The notes beneath the pieces were generated by a model that saw nothing but the letters and a program-made list of their open reading frames with translations, was not told the origin of the DNA and did not search any database. Both the position numbers and the translations under genes were made by a program. A stretch of 64,000 nt of DNA from Octopus vulgaris (taxonomy: Eukaryota): NCBI GenBank assembly GCA_951406725.2, contig OX597828.1, positions 52,204,001-52,268,000 on the forward strand. Direction: 5' to 3'. Below, in pieces: positions 14,125-29,140 of the stretch; the first letter of the stretch is position 1; every line of letters starts with the position of its first letter.

Positions 14125-14453
14125 CGTGGGGTACCCAAAAGTAAAAGTAATCGGTAACGTTCTCTGTTGGATAAACCAGTTGTAGTTCAGGTTTCCGCCG
14201 CTAGAAGACACTTGATGCAATCATCAGGCATCAGTCTGCCGAGCGGTGTTATTGTGTACACTCATACTGCCTCGTGGTGTGCCTTTGTTTCGCAGTGCTT
14301 CTCCCCTGTTCGTCGAATTTCACGATGGCCGAAACGAAGGAGCAGCCTGCTTCCGTGAAATTCTGTTTTTTGCTGGGGAAAACGGCGGCCGAAACAGTTG
14401 TTCTGTTTCAAACAGCTTACAAGGACGCTGCCATGAGCAAAACACAAGCTTGA
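14125..14453 (+). mobile_element. Mariner element 5' end with transposase N-terminus
   Basis: TA followed by TIR-like CGTGGGGTACCCAAAAGT; 14325-14453 encodes MAETKEQPASVKFCFLLGKTAAETVVLFQTAYKDAAMSKTQA (mariner HTH N-terminus), then a stop. Confidence 0.8.
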
Positions 14454-14569
14454 TCACTGCTCACAATGAATGAACATTGAAATGCTGATAATACTGACTG
14501 TGCTACTATATAGCCGTTATCTTTGGACTGAAACGCATAAAAGAATAAACGAATATATATATATATATC

Positions 14570-14773
14570 TATGGGTGTGTGACCGCGTGTGTATCGTTGG
14601 CGATTTTCTTTCTCCGTCTTCCCTTCTTTGGACTTTCTGTAAATTTCTGACGAAGAACTCCGCTCGAAACGTGAAATCCTCCTTCTTTCTTTCCTTTCCT
14701 GAGCGTCCAATAACACTGTACTTATTCCACGTCCTCGCATTGTTGTGTGTTCTCTTTTTGTTCATGTTTGGAT

Positions 14774-14778
<5 letters not shown>
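14570..14778 (+). mobile_element. TA-flanked PLE-type terminal repeat with degenerate HHR (14643-14677)
   Basis: ATTT-CTGACGA-A-GAAC(tcc)GCTC-GAAA-CG-TG-AAAT; the GUG triplet would be non-cleavable. Confidence 0.6.
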
Positions 14779-14838
<60 letters not shown>

Positions 14839-16253
14839 ATGTATATGTATACGTATTTATATATACATATGTATATGTTTATATATATGCGTGTGTGTTT
14901 GCATGTGTGTGTGTACATTTTTGTCTGTACAATACTTATCATATTCGACGCTTCCATAATTTGTTTATAAAAGATAGTCGTATTCCAAATGCTATTATTT
15001 TGCTTTAGAATTGACGGCAATTGTTGTCAGCTGGCCGTTTAGTTTTATGGGGCAGTACTCAGCCGTATCTTAGAGTTACTGGTATGATTCCCTTAACCGT
15101 CTTATAGGAACTTTTCTTCCCGTCTTATAAACCTAAAATACCCGAACTTTTGGATCGTTTCTCAGGAATATTGCGATTGAAATTTAATTTCTTCTCCTTA
15201 AAAAACCAAATACATCCGATGTTTCCAATGTTTGTTTATAAAATGTGGTCATATATGTGTGTGTGTGTGTGTGTTTGTGTATATATATATATATATATGC
15301 GCAGGCATATCTGTGTGGCAAGAAGCTTGCTTAGCATCCACATGGTATACATATATATGTGTGTGTGCGTGTGTGTGTGTTCACATCCCTGTCACTTAGC
15401 ATTTCGGTAAAAGCATACGATAGAATATTACCAGGCTTACAAAGAATAAGTTTGCGGTCGACTTTCTTTCCACTTAAGGCGGTGCTCCAGCATGGCCACA
15501 GAAAAATGAGTGCAACAGGTAAATGAATAAAAGAATATTTATCTATGCTTATTGTATGTACATATTTATTAAATTCATTAACATCCGCGTACACATGCAC
15601 ACTCATTCACGGAATCTTATCCATACGCACACAGATATACATAATGCTATACTAATGCTTTGTTTTCCCTATAAACTCACACATACGAAGTTCTCTGTCT
15701 TTCTACACACATAGGGATTTGCCGCTATAACATCTTTTAAGTGTAAAGTCCAAACAGGAAGTTGCGTCTTTCTCCTTTGACGCCATTTCATTTCTGTAAC
15801 AATGGCGTTTGTTCTCACTCTGTTTTTGACGAGGATTATAATCTAATTACAGGTTTCTATTTATCCAAAGAATTGTATCCTTTCTACAAAACCCTTTTTA
15901 CACACTTAGATCACCTCTTTTCTCAATCCTTTCTTTCATTCCTAACGTGGTTTCATTTATTTCGTCTTTGCCTGCAGTTGCTTCAATCGTGCATTTACTT
16001 TCTGTGCTTATATCAAACGATGTACGTACCAACGTTTATATACACACAGACGTGATCCCATCTTATATATACAAATGTGTGCGTGTTTGTGTGTGTGTGT
16101 GTGTCTGTGTATGTGTGTGTATAATCGCATATATACATACGCACCTATGAATGTTTATATATGTGTATGTAAATATGTATGTATATATATATATATGTCT
16201 GTGTGTATATATATATATACGTATATATATGTGTTTATATATATATATGTATA

Positions 16254-16296
<43 letters not shown>

Positions 16297-16349
16297 ATAT
16301 ATATGCATATATACACATGTATGCACGTATGTATGTAACTATCTATCAC

Positions 16350-16404
<55 letters not shown>

Positions 16405-16531
16405 GTATATATCTATTTAGCTAACTGTGTTTACCACGCATATGTATGTATTTGTATAGCTGTCCATTTATGTATATATGTATGTATATGCATGTATATA
16501 CACACGTGTGTGTGTGCTTGTATATATATAT

Positions 16532-16577
<46 letters not shown>

Positions 16578-17554
16578 GTGTGTGTGTGTGTGTGTGTGTA
16601 TACATATATGTGTGCGTCTATTTCTTTTGTGTGAACCGAGGCCTTTTCAGTTCCTGTCGCCTGGCTTTTGTGTCCGTTTCCGTTTGTAGTATGTTTATAA
16701 TGTTATACAGTGTTAACGGGTTCAAGAATTATGAACAAGGGATCAAACTGTATGTACGCGGGTTCAAACGATAGTAACATAATATTTTCGCAACTGTGCC
16801 TCACCTGGCATGTTGAACATTTTTGATTTTTGTTTTTTACTTTCTCGTAATTACCTTTTGTTTAGTATTTCTTTATTGATTACTTGTCTTTAGGTCGAAG
16901 GTAATTTGTTTATTAATGAACCCCACTGAATCAACTAATTTGTAAGATGCCGTGCTAAATTTCTGGACAGTGTAATGTCCGTTTTCAAGTGTTGAAAAAA
17001 AAACATAAAAAATGTATCTACGCGCGCACCCATCTATATGCATACACAGTTATAAACATAATCATATACACACACACGCACACACACACACATACACACA
17101 CACACTTATACAACCACTCACGCACGCGCGCGCACACAAACACATACACACAAGCACACACACACACACACACATACACACACACTCATACAACCACTCA
17201 CGCACGCGCACACACACAAACACATACGCACACACACACACATACACACACACACACTCATACAACCACTCACGCACGCGCACACACGCACACACAGACA
17301 CACAAACACACACACACACAAACATAGAAGGATGAGTTGGAGAAAACATGAAAATGCAAAAGACGAAGGTGAATGAACAACGAATGACTGAATGAAGGTT
17401 CGAATGAATGAATTGATTGAAAGATGAACGAAACGATAATTAAATGAAGAAGAAACAAGGGTTAGGTTATTTGTAACAAATGGGTAGATGTGGGAGGAAT
17501 AAGGGTAGATTAAATCAAATGAATGAAAATAAAGAGAAATAGTGGAAAAAGAGG

Positions 17555-17694
17555 AAGAGAAGAAGAAGAAGAAGAAGAAGAAGAAGAAGAAGAAGAAGAA
17601 GAAAAGAAGTGGGAGAAGGAGAAAGAAGTGGAAGGAGAAAGGGTAGGAGCAATAAACAGGAAGGAGGAAAATCATAACAATAACAATAGCAATG

Positions 17695-17748
<54 letters not shown>

Positions 17749-17751
17749 GTA

Positions 17752-17806
<55 letters not shown>

Positions 17807-17995
17807 TAATAATAACAACAACAACAACAACAACAATAAGAAGAAAAAGAAGAAGGAGGAGGAGGAGGAGGAGGAGAAGGAGGAGGAGGAGAAGGAGGAG
17901 GAGGAGGAGGAGGAGAAGAAGAAGAAGAAGAAGAAGAAGAAGAAGAAGAAGAAGAAGAAGAAGAAGAAGAAGAAGAAGAAGAAGAAGAAGATAGA
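17555..17995. repeat. Compound (GAA)n-(AAT)n-(AAC)n-(GAG)n-(AAG)n microsatellite
   Basis: Direct reading. Confidence 0.95.
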
Positions 17996-18747
17996 GAGTG
18001 ATAAAAATATGAAAGACAGACGACGGAGAGGAAAATAAACAGTGTGACCGAGAGAACGTAAAATAAAAGATTGCAATGAGATATTGAATGAAAATCGGAG
18101 GGAAAAAAATGAAGAGAGATTTAAAGAAATATACAAAAAAGAAAGAAGGCAAAAAGAAACGAAAGCAGAAAAGGACGGAGCAGGTAAAAAAATAATAAAG
18201 TATAGTAAAAGGAAAGAAGGTTGGAAGAAAAGAAAAGAGAAGCAGAAAACATAAAGGGAATTGGTAGAACAAATATGGCGACCAGCTTTAAGTAGTTAGA
18301 AGTTGGCGTGTTTATTTAGCGTTCTGTTGGCATTGAAGAAACAGCTTTGCTATTGATTCAATCACACCTTTTATACACCGCCCAACTGGTCTGTCTGTCT
18401 GTCTGTCTGTCTGTCCGTGTGTCTGATCGTACGCTTGTGCATGAGTTTGTGTATACGTGCCAGTTTCTGTATGTGTGTATGTGTGCGTGCGTGCTTATGT
18501 GTGTGTGGTCAATTCGGTGCCTGAGTTGTATGTAAATGTCTACGATATATGTGTGTCAGTGTGTGCGTAGCTGGGCGTGTATGTGTGTAGGTGTGCTTGA
18601 TGTGTGCATTTTGCGTGTGTATGTATGTGTACATGTGTCTTTGTTTCACTATGTGTACTTCTCTGTAACTGCTCATGTATGTGCATCTTTTCTCTGTATG
18701 TGTTTGTATATGCATGCATACATACATACATACATACATACATACAC

Positions 18748-18921
18748 TAGACACTACACACATTTTTTTTCTCTCCTTGTTTTTTTCTGTGTCCCTTTCT
18801 GTAGAAGAGCGTAGGCTCGAAACGTAAAAGACTTTTTCTATTCCTGAGCGTTATACTAGTACATCTGTTTGTTTTGTACACCACATGTCTTCGTCTTTTG
18901 TTTTTTCGTAAACTCTCCCAA
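18748..18921 (+). mobile_element. PLE-type terminal repeat with HHR-like motif (18795-18830)
   Basis: CTTT-CTGTAGA-A-GAGC(gtag)GCTC-GAAA-CG-TA-AAAG. Confidence 0.7.
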
Positions 18922-18922
18922 C

Positions 18923-18956
<34 letters not shown>

Positions 18957-18957
18957 T

Positions 18958-19280
18958 GGGAGACCACAAGCCTACTCAATTCAGGGTAACAACACATAAA
19001 TACACTGCAACACAATTTCTTTTCGTCAACAAGCCCTGCCCTATTTAACATTGTCCCGAAACATATCAAAGAGGAAAAGGATCCCATTACCTTTAAAAGG
19101 AATCTGGACAAATTTCTACAAGGAATACTAGATAAGCCACCTATACCTGGATACAACTCACTCAACATGAACTCCCTTCTCGAATGGACTATGATACCAC
19201 AGAACTTGAATTAAATATATTTTAGATAATTCTATGAAGTAGTGCTATTAATACATAGCATCTCGAAACATATCTAAGTT
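18958..19280 (+). mobile_element. CR1/L2-group LINE 3' end
   Basis: About 18990-19214 reads QHNFFSSTSPALFNIVPKHIKEEKDPITFKRNLDKFLQGILDKPPIPGYNSLNMNSLLEW, the FKxxLDKFL..PGY..NSL C-terminus of CR1-group ORF2. Confidence 0.75.
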
Positions 19281-19293
19281 ATATATATATATA

Positions 19294-19478
19294 AGGAGAG
19301 TTTATGAAAAAAAATAAAAGGCGAAGACAGGTGGTGTACAAAACAAACAGATGTATTAGTATAACGCTCAAGAATAGAAAAAGTCTTTTACGTTTCGAGC
19401 TTACGCTCTTCTACAAAAAGGGGCACAGAAAAAACAAGGAGAGAAGAAAAAAATGTGTGTAGTGGCTAACGGTCTCAC
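19294..19478 (-). mobile_element. PLE-type terminal repeat, inverted copy of 18748-18921
   Basis: Reverse complement of the 18748 copy; HHR-like motif at 19385-19420. Confidence 0.7.
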
Positions 19479-20497
19479 TATATATTGTACATATATTTAT
19501 ATATATTCACGTGCGCTTCTATGCAATTACGTGTCTATCTCTGCATATTTGAGAGTTACGTTTATGTGTATATTGTTATAGGTGTTTACTTCTATACGTA
19601 TCTAGCTGTTTCTCCATCAATGTGCTTGTATCACCGTGTAGCTGTTTATGTATGCGATGGTATTTTCATGCATGAAACGAGTGTGTCTAGTTTGGGCAGC
19701 TCATATGATTACACAGTAGCTTCCCTTGGTTTGCACTTGAGCAACACTCTCCATTAAATGATTGCTATGGTAGGGCTGTTGGTGTTAATGGCAAGGTTCG
19801 TCCTCTACTCCGTTCTCGGACAGATGCATTTGATGATGCTTCCTCCCCTGCAATTTTGAAGCATTAGTACTCTTGAAAGCCTTTCTAGGGCGAGGATTTC
19901 TAATAAAACGCAATGCATAGCTATTACTACATCTACATATACTGCGAAAGACAGCAGCATTAACAACAAGAATAACAATACCAGCAACAGCCACACTTCC
20001 AAAGCTCCCACTAACACTGCCACCGCCACCGAGAGGTCAAATGTCACTACTACCACTACCACCAACAGAATATTGCCCCTCTTTTTAAAGGAGGAATAAA
20101 CTGAAAAAAAATTAATAACAAAACCTTCTTTATATTTTTGTTGGTCTTCATTTCTTTCTCATTTCGCTCTTCAAAGACGAGACAAATACACACATATATA
20201 CACACAAAAATGCATGAATATATGCATACGTTTATGTGTGTACACCCACACACACATATAGATGTTCAAACGCAAATATATATGTATGTAGTGCGTGTGT
20301 CTATTCTGAAAAATATTTTGTTTGTATACACCATGTGCTCTAAGCTTGTGGCCATTCTTTACACTGATTATACTTATGAGACACGTGTAACACCAGCATT
20401 GTGTAGTGAAATTAACATACTTCTGACCCTGACACACCTATGAACTGGAAACTATATGTACGTATGTGTGCTCGTAAATGTGAGTGTTTCTATGTCT

Positions 20498-20625
<128 letters not shown>

Positions 20626-20860
20626 GTATGTATGTATTTATGCATGTATGTATGTATGCATGCGTGCATGTATGTATGTATGTATATATGTATGTATGCA
20701 TGTGTGTGTGTATTATACTGCACAGAATCTTACTTCCCAAACACATGGTTCTGGGTCCCGTCCCACTGCGTGGCACCTTGGGCAAGTGTTTTGTATTATA
20801 GTCAGTGCCTGACCAAACTTTTGTGAAAGGAAACTGAAAGAAGGTCATCGTATATATATA

Positions 20861-21015
20861 GGAGACGCAGATGCGGGAAGCAGCATCGAACTCTCTTGTT
20901 GATCAAGTGCCACGTATCAGAGGTGGATTCACATATTAGTGTAACTCATTCAGTGGTGGTGCCCCAGCATGGCCGCGGCCTTCGGGCTAAAACATTTTTA
21001 AGGATTTAAGGATTT
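20861..21015 (+). mobile_element. CR1-group LINE extreme 3' end
   Basis: ETQMREAASNSLVDQ... stop at 20937-20939; 3' UTR GGTGGTGCCCCAGCATGGCCGC, stem-loop and (TTTAAGGA)n tail. Confidence 0.65.
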
Positions 21016-21107
21016 ATATATATATATATATATATACATATATATATACATACATATATATTTATACATTCATATATATATATATACATACATACATATG
21101 CATATAT

Positions 21108-21620
21108 GGGTACAAGATGTCACCAACTGTGTAAACAACATGAAATACGTAGTTGTCGGATGTCTATCCACTCCTCATTTCGAGTATTCAACGACAATAT
21201 GAGTCTTGAAAGACCGTTGCTCCCATAAATTCTAAAACAAATTTGGGATTTATGGAGGGTCGTTAGACCAGAATGAGAGGAAAATAGTGAACGATGGGAG
21301 AAATATTTTCTTTGCAAAGAGAAATGATAGAAAAGAGAGAAAAAAACGTCCAGTCTTTTGACTGTCTGTGCAAAAAACTAAAAATAGTCACATAAGGAAA
21401 GGAAAGATGGACGATGGTCACGTGTGAGCAACGAGAGAGAGAGAAAAGAGAAAGAAGGAGAGAGAGAGACAGATAGAAAACGGTGAAAGAGGAAGGGGGA
21501 GAAAAGGGTAATTAAAGAAGGGTGGCGAAGGAAACAATATAGAGTAGAGTCGCATCAAAAAGGTGAAGATAAGCTTACTTGGAAATGGCTGCGTGGCGTT
21601 CGATTAAATAATAATGAATA
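21108..21620 (-). mobile_element. TA-flanked repeat carrying a rearranged HHR remnant (21151-21214)
   Basis: End shared with 22109-22200; HHR strands described in findings. Confidence 0.6.
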
Positions 21621-21790
21621 ATATATATATATATACAAATATGAGAGAGAATCCACTATGTGGACGCTCTTATGCTAGATATAGATCCGCAAAGGGACTC
21701 AACCACTAAGAATTGTTCTCAAGAAGAGTTTTAGCCCACTAAGAACGTAAGCAAGCAGGACAAATGAAAAATGACAAAAATATAGATTAA

Positions 21791-21864
21791 CCCCATACAA
21801 TTGTTTCACTGTTAATAAATTATGTAATTTTACTTACATAAGTATCCTCAGATCATCGGTGGAG
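21791..21864 (-). ncRNA. Type I HHR motif (U4C core) in TA-flanked repeat 21635-21950
   Basis: CCA-CCGATGA-TCTG...CAGT-GAAA-CAATTG-TA-TGG; palindromic stem III ACAATTGT, GUA triplet. Confidence 0.65.
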
Positions 21865-21975
21865 TACGTCATAAAATATAATTTGTCGAACTGCACGCTA
21901 TATATTAACACGAGGTCAGAGGCACTAGCAGTTCGGCCGATTATATTCACAGTTACATTGAAATGCCCTCATACA

Positions 21976-22084
<109 letters not shown>

Positions 22085-22849
22085 GTATATATATATATAT
22101 GCATATATGGGTATAGGACGTCACCAATTGTGTAAGCAACATGAAATACGTAAACAATGAGAGAAAATGAAAAACAGGACAAGTAAGCAGAGAAACGACC
22201 CGTATGTGTGTATGTGTGCGTGTCTGCGTTTGTACCTTCACCAACGCTTGGTAAGCAATACTGGTGTGTTTATGTCCAAGTAACTTAGCGGTTCGGCAAA
22301 ATAGACCGTTAGAATAAGCACCATGCCTGTAAAGAATAAGTCCTGGGGCCGATTTTTTTTTCGACTGAAACCCTGTAAGATGGTGCTCCAGCATGTCAGT
22401 ATTCAAGCGACTAATACAAGAATATATGAATATGTATATACTATGATTGCTTTGGCTTGTTTTGTTTCATTCTTAGAGCACTTTCAAAAAGAAAGGAACC
22501 GGACAAACAAACGAAGGTCCGTCACTGGAATTTGGATAACAACACGCACAATTATCACCATCATCATATACTTACCTACAACAACAATGCCAACAACTAA
22601 ATATCAACTACTGCAAACACACCAATACCATAATCATAATGTCTTGAATATATTTACGGGTTTCCAATTTAGGCAAAATGTCAGCTGCTTTGAGGGGCCG
22701 GCCACATCGACACCATTCACCTCAATACATAATTTTATCTACCCTGGAGGAATGAATAGCAAAGCAAACCCCAGCAGAATTTCCAAACCAAAACAGTTTT
22801 GCTGTTGCTTTGTTAATTCTTCCAACTCATCATCTTATTAGTAATATTT

Positions 22850-23215
22850 AATTACATCGACCCCAGTATTCATCTGGTATTTTTTTTAACGACCCGGAAA
22901 GGATGAAAGGCAAAAATCTACGTTGGCAGAATTTGAACTGAGAACGTAGACAGACGAAATGCTGCTAAGCAACTAGCCCGGCGTGCTAACGATTCTACCA
23001 GCTTTCCGTCTTATATAATAAAATAAATAATAATCCTTTCTACTGAATGCACAAGACCTGACATTTTGGAGAAGGAGACTAGTTGATTACATCGCCCTCG
23101 AAAGGATAAAAGTATACCTCGGCGGAATTTGAACTCAGAACGTACAGACGGACGAAATACTGCTAAGATTTCCACACAGCTTGCTTAACAATTCTGCCAG
23201 CTCGACACCTTATAA
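22850..23215 (-). mobile_element. SINE family B copies (two, diverged)
   Basis: GGAATTTGAACTCAGAACGTA..GACGAAAT blocks. Confidence 0.8.
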
Positions 23216-23274
23216 AATAAAATAGATTTCAAATTAGGGAAATGGTAAATCGATTACATCAACCCTTGTATTCA

Positions 23275-23757
<483 letters not shown>

Positions 23758-23799
23758 AATAGTTACTTATTTTTATCTACCCACCAAAAATGGACATCA

Positions 23800-24225
23800 A
23801 AATGTGAACACGAACTCAGAACATAAAGACTGACGAAGTACATTTCACCCGGTTTGCTACCGATTCTTATTTCTTTATTGCCCACCAGGGGCTAAACACA
23901 GAGGGGACAAATAAGGACAGACAAACGGATTAAGTCGATTACATCGACTCTCGATTACATCGACTCAAGTGCGTAACGGCAGACGAAATACCTATTTCTT
24001 TACTACCCACAAGATGCTAAACACAGAGGGGACAAACAAGGAAATACAAACGGATTAAGTCGATTACATCGACCCCAGTGCGTAACTGGTATTGTATTTA
24101 TCGACCCCGAAAGGATGAAAGGCAAAGTCAATCTCGGTGGAATTTGAACTCAGAACGTAACGGCAGACGAAATACGGCTACGCATTTCGTCCGGCGTGCT
24201 AACGTTTCTGCCAGCTCACCGCCTT
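23800..24225 (-). mobile_element. SINE family B tandem array
   Basis: Repeated family B units. Confidence 0.85.
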
Positions 24226-24627
24226 AAATCATAAAAAAAAACATAAATAATATTAAACAAGAAGCATAAAAGCAACATTGCCATTAATATGAACATCAAC
24301 AACAATAACAGCAACGAGGGCAGCGGTAGCGGAGACAACAGCCACAAAAATAAAATACAAACAATAGCAACATCAGCAACAATAACAATTTATGGAAGAC
24401 CAACAAAATATAAATAACAATGAAAAAACATTGACAGTTATAATTTCTTCTTATAGAATTTAAATATGAAGAAAAGCAACATCGACGATAAGAAGAAGAA
24501 GAACACCATAAATGCGAAACAGACAAGAAAATCTATAAACATAAATGTAAACAAATCTACAAACACAAACAATAAACAAGAAAATCCATAAACACACAAA
24601 CACACGCATGCGCATACACATGCATGC

Positions 24628-24761
<134 letters not shown>

Positions 24762-24766
24762 GTATA

Positions 24767-24826
<60 letters not shown>

Positions 24827-25160
24827 GCATACACAGAAAATGAAGAACTAAAAAATTGTATACGCAAACAATAAAAAAAAAGAATTATAAACAAAGAAGT
24901 AATATGCATAAAAACAAACAACAGGAAGCATAAACACAAACAACAACAAAGACACTAACAATAAACAACAATAAACAACAATAAACAAACAAATGAATAA
25001 ATAAAGGCAATATTACAAAAGACGAAAGATTTAAAGTTAAGTGATTTCTAAAAATTAATCGACATTCATGACAGACACACAGACAGACAGACAGCTAGGC
25101 AGACAGACACACAGACAGACAAATGGACTGACTGAGAGACAGACGAACAGATAGACAGAT

Positions 25161-25216
<56 letters not shown>

Positions 25217-25360
25217 AGGGAGGGAGAGAAAGAGAGGAAGGTGAGGATAGTCATTGTGTGAGAGAGAGTAAGAGTGACAGAGAGAGACAAAGAAGTAAAG
25301 GAGTAATATGAAATGTGTGTGTGTGTATACATATATGTATATGCATATATATACATATAT

Positions 25361-25422
<62 letters not shown>

Positions 25423-26330
25423 GTATATATATATATGTATATGTATATATGTGTATGCATATGTATATATATATATATACATGTATGTGTATATATATGT
25501 AGTGAGTACGTGTGTGAGAGAGAGAGTTTAATACAAACAGACACACACACACATATGTATACATTTATGTATATGAATATGTACACATGTATCTGTGTGT
25601 GTGTGTGTGTGTGTGTGAGCGTGCGCTAGTGTGTGTATGAGTGTGGCGTGATTATTAGGCATGCGTATACACGGGAAAAGAGAAAGAAGACAAAGAGCGT
25701 TGGAGAGGTCGATGGTCGGAGTTGCGAGTCGGATGATGTTCAATGATAGAGACAGACACGTAGTAATACACGAATGACAAGATAGACAGACTGACAGATA
25801 GACACTAGCATCAGGGGAAGTGGAATGAGGGGGGGGAGGGTTACGTTTTAAAATGATAAAATGAGGAGCAGGGGAAAGTTTTTGAAAATAATTGAAGAAA
25901 TGTCGAAACGTTAAGTGGGTTTTATGAGTCTACGGGGCCTGATTGTGGAGAGGTGGGAGTAGTTGAGGGTACGGGGCATGGATGGATAGATAGTTCGGTA
26001 GGTAGACTGTCGGTTGATATAGATGGAGACGGATACATAGAGACAGACTGACATACATCATATATGTATATATAGATATATATATGGATATATATGTATG
26101 AATCTCTCTCACTTTCTGTCTCTCTTTCTCTCTTTCGATGTATATATATATGTATATATGTATATATATACACACACATACTTACATACGTACACACATA
26201 CACCCACAAATATAACACAAACACATACATATATACACATATAAACGCGCACACATAAACACACATTCACACACGCACGTTTCTGTCTGTCGATAGATTG
26301 ACAGACAGACAGGCAGACAGACAGACAGAC

Positions 26331-26397
<67 letters not shown>

Positions 26398-26581
26398 CAG
26401 ACAGATAGACAGATAGATAGGCAGACAGACAGACAGACAGATAGGTAGATAGATAGATAAGTAGATATATAGATAGATAAGGTTATAATATGAGTGAGAA
26501 AGAGAGAGAGAGGGGAGAAAGAGAAAGAAACGGAGAAGTTACTTGAAGGTGCTAATCAGAGGGACAAGTATTTATTTACAA

Positions 26582-26977
26582 CTAGCAGTATCGCCCGGCG
26601 TTGCTCGGGTTTGTAAGGGAAATAACTATATAAGCATTTTTGGAGATGTAAAGTATAATAGCCATCTCAATATGGCTAACTACAAAGGCGGGGGTGTTAC
26701 TGTAGCTTTTTACGTTCTGAGATTTAATAATAAATTTTTAGAGAGTTACTTCTCTTATATATGCCAAAAATGCATTAAAAATGGGAAAAATCGATGGTAA
26801 TTTTTTTTTTAATCGTAGACTCATCGTAGACGCACGCTAATTCCCAGAAGGGCTCGATATGAATCACGACTATAAGATACCCGCTTTTGGTTACACTGCA
26901 CCGCAAAATGTGGGAGTAGTTAGGAATCTAAATCGTAGGAGACAGACAGCACACAACCTCACTTTTATATATAAAGA
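26582..26977 (-). mobile_element. Non-autonomous Helitron
   Basis: Minus strand begins TCTTTATATATAAAAG and ends with hairpin CCCGAGCAACGCCGGG plus CTAG; inserted between A and T without a TSD. Confidence 0.85.
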
Positions 26978-27690
26978 TATTCATGTACATGTGTGTGTTT
27001 GTGAGAGAGAGAGAAACAGAGAGAGGGCGAAGGAGATTTACGGATATGAGTGCGTGTATGTCTGTTTTTACCTGTAAGTTAATGAACATGTGACTCAGCG
27101 TTCCCTGTATCTGTGTATACTCGCCTCTCTCTCTCTCTTTATACACATTACAATAAACATATTTCGCACAGACACACACACACATACACACGCACACAAA
27201 TTCATTAATGTGTATGTCTGTGCCTTGACCTTTATGCAGGGCCAACTGCATATACACATGCGTTCGGTATCTATAGAGATGACGGGTTAAAAAAGACAAA
27301 AATCAGACTACAATCGAATTGCTAATGGTCTGTGTCGATCAGAATTGTATTTAAATTTAAAAAATGGTTTTAATTTATGTCATTCTGAGAGGAAGTTTGC
27401 AAGTTTAAAGTTGAACCCTTCCTGACGAAGAGACGAAAATGGTGAAAACTTTTGGAATGAGAAGCAAAAAAAAAAATAAAAGGACTCTATTCCTTCTTCA
27501 AGAACATGCCAAATCTTTTCTCTTTTGCCCAACGAAATATTATATTCATAAACATTGACACTTTTCTGTTAACCCCCACCACCACCGCCTTGTTTCTCTT
27601 ATAGAAAGGACGCTGAGAGCTTTTCTTTTTACACGATGAAGGACTCTATCCGAAACGTTGGAAATCATCATCATCGTAGTCATCGTCATT

Positions 27691-27725
<35 letters not shown>

Positions 27726-28721
27726 TATCATCCTCACCCTCCTCATCATCATCACTATCGTCTTCAGCCGCAGCAGTAGCAGTATCACCACCACCACGAC
27801 CACCAAAAACACCACCACCAGTTCAACCAAGGACAAGCGACATATCTCTTTCCAGTCGTGCCCACCACGCCTGTCTTCTATCGTGCCCAGATTACATTAC
27901 TCAATAGTTCCCTTCTTTGCAGACTGTAGGGTGTAGTTTGAAGGATTTCTTGATTACTGTGTCTACGCCTGTGTCTCACGCTCTGTTTGCCACGTATGTT
28001 GTAATATAAGAAATGGCGGCTGTGACGTTATAAATCATGGATTAGTTCCAGGTCGGCCTGAATCGGCTTCATCTATGGTCAAAGTCGATCGATCTGTGAC
28101 CTTCATTTGATTGTGTATATCGAGGAGTACATCATCTTATTTGATGTTTCTGTTTCCTTAAGACGGTAGAATGCGATTTAAGGGAATTCAGGTGCTATAT
28201 GTAGCACTGTGTTGGATGGGGAGAGCTGGAACAGACACAGAAACAGAGACAAGGGGTGAGTAAGCGTGAGAGAAGGAAAGAGAGAGAGAGAAATACACAT
28301 ACTCACAAAAACACACACAAACACATACGCAAATAAATGAATAGACATACAGGCTAATTACAACTACAGAATACATTCGAATACGTAAAAGCACCTAAAA
28401 TACGTATACACGCATACACATAAGACTAAATACAAATATATACACACACACACATAGCAACGCATATACACACACAAACATACATACATTCACAGACATA
28501 TGCACACACAAGAACACACAGACACAAATACACACGCAAAAACATGCGCACACAGACACACACACACGCACACACATGCAATCGCACATATCCACATTCA
28601 CAAACTCACATAAACTTTCACACACCTTCACACACAAACCTACAAACGCGCGCACACACACACACATGCAACACTCATATCCACATTCACAAATTCACAT
28701 AAATGTTCACGCACAAACCTA

Positions 28722-28760
<39 letters not shown>

Positions 28761-29073
28761 ACACACACACAGAGAAACACACACACACACACTCACAAAA
28801 TCTCACATATACACATTGACAAACACGCACATGCGCACATATACTAATTGCCAAACGAGTCAACCAAGTATATCGTCTTCATACAAATATATCATCTCTC
28901 TCATATCTCAGACATTCTTTCGCTAAAAAAAATTCTTCTCCGACATCGATTCTATTCGTGTCTTTCATTCTTTAGATATATTATCATTAAGTCTCGACAA
29001 GTTGTTGTTGCTATTGTTGTGGTTTTGGGGGTGGTGTTGAAAGTAATATTACTTGTTTGGTACGTTATATGCA

Positions 29074-29137
<64 letters not shown>

Positions 29138-29140
<3 letters not shown>

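Noticed and set aside
27628-27665. HHR-like ACGATGA-AGGA..TCC-GAAACGTT (similar relics at 53205-53240 and 32825-32872)
   Set aside because: Core mutated and stem I unconvincing; at most dead relics, so not called as ribozymes
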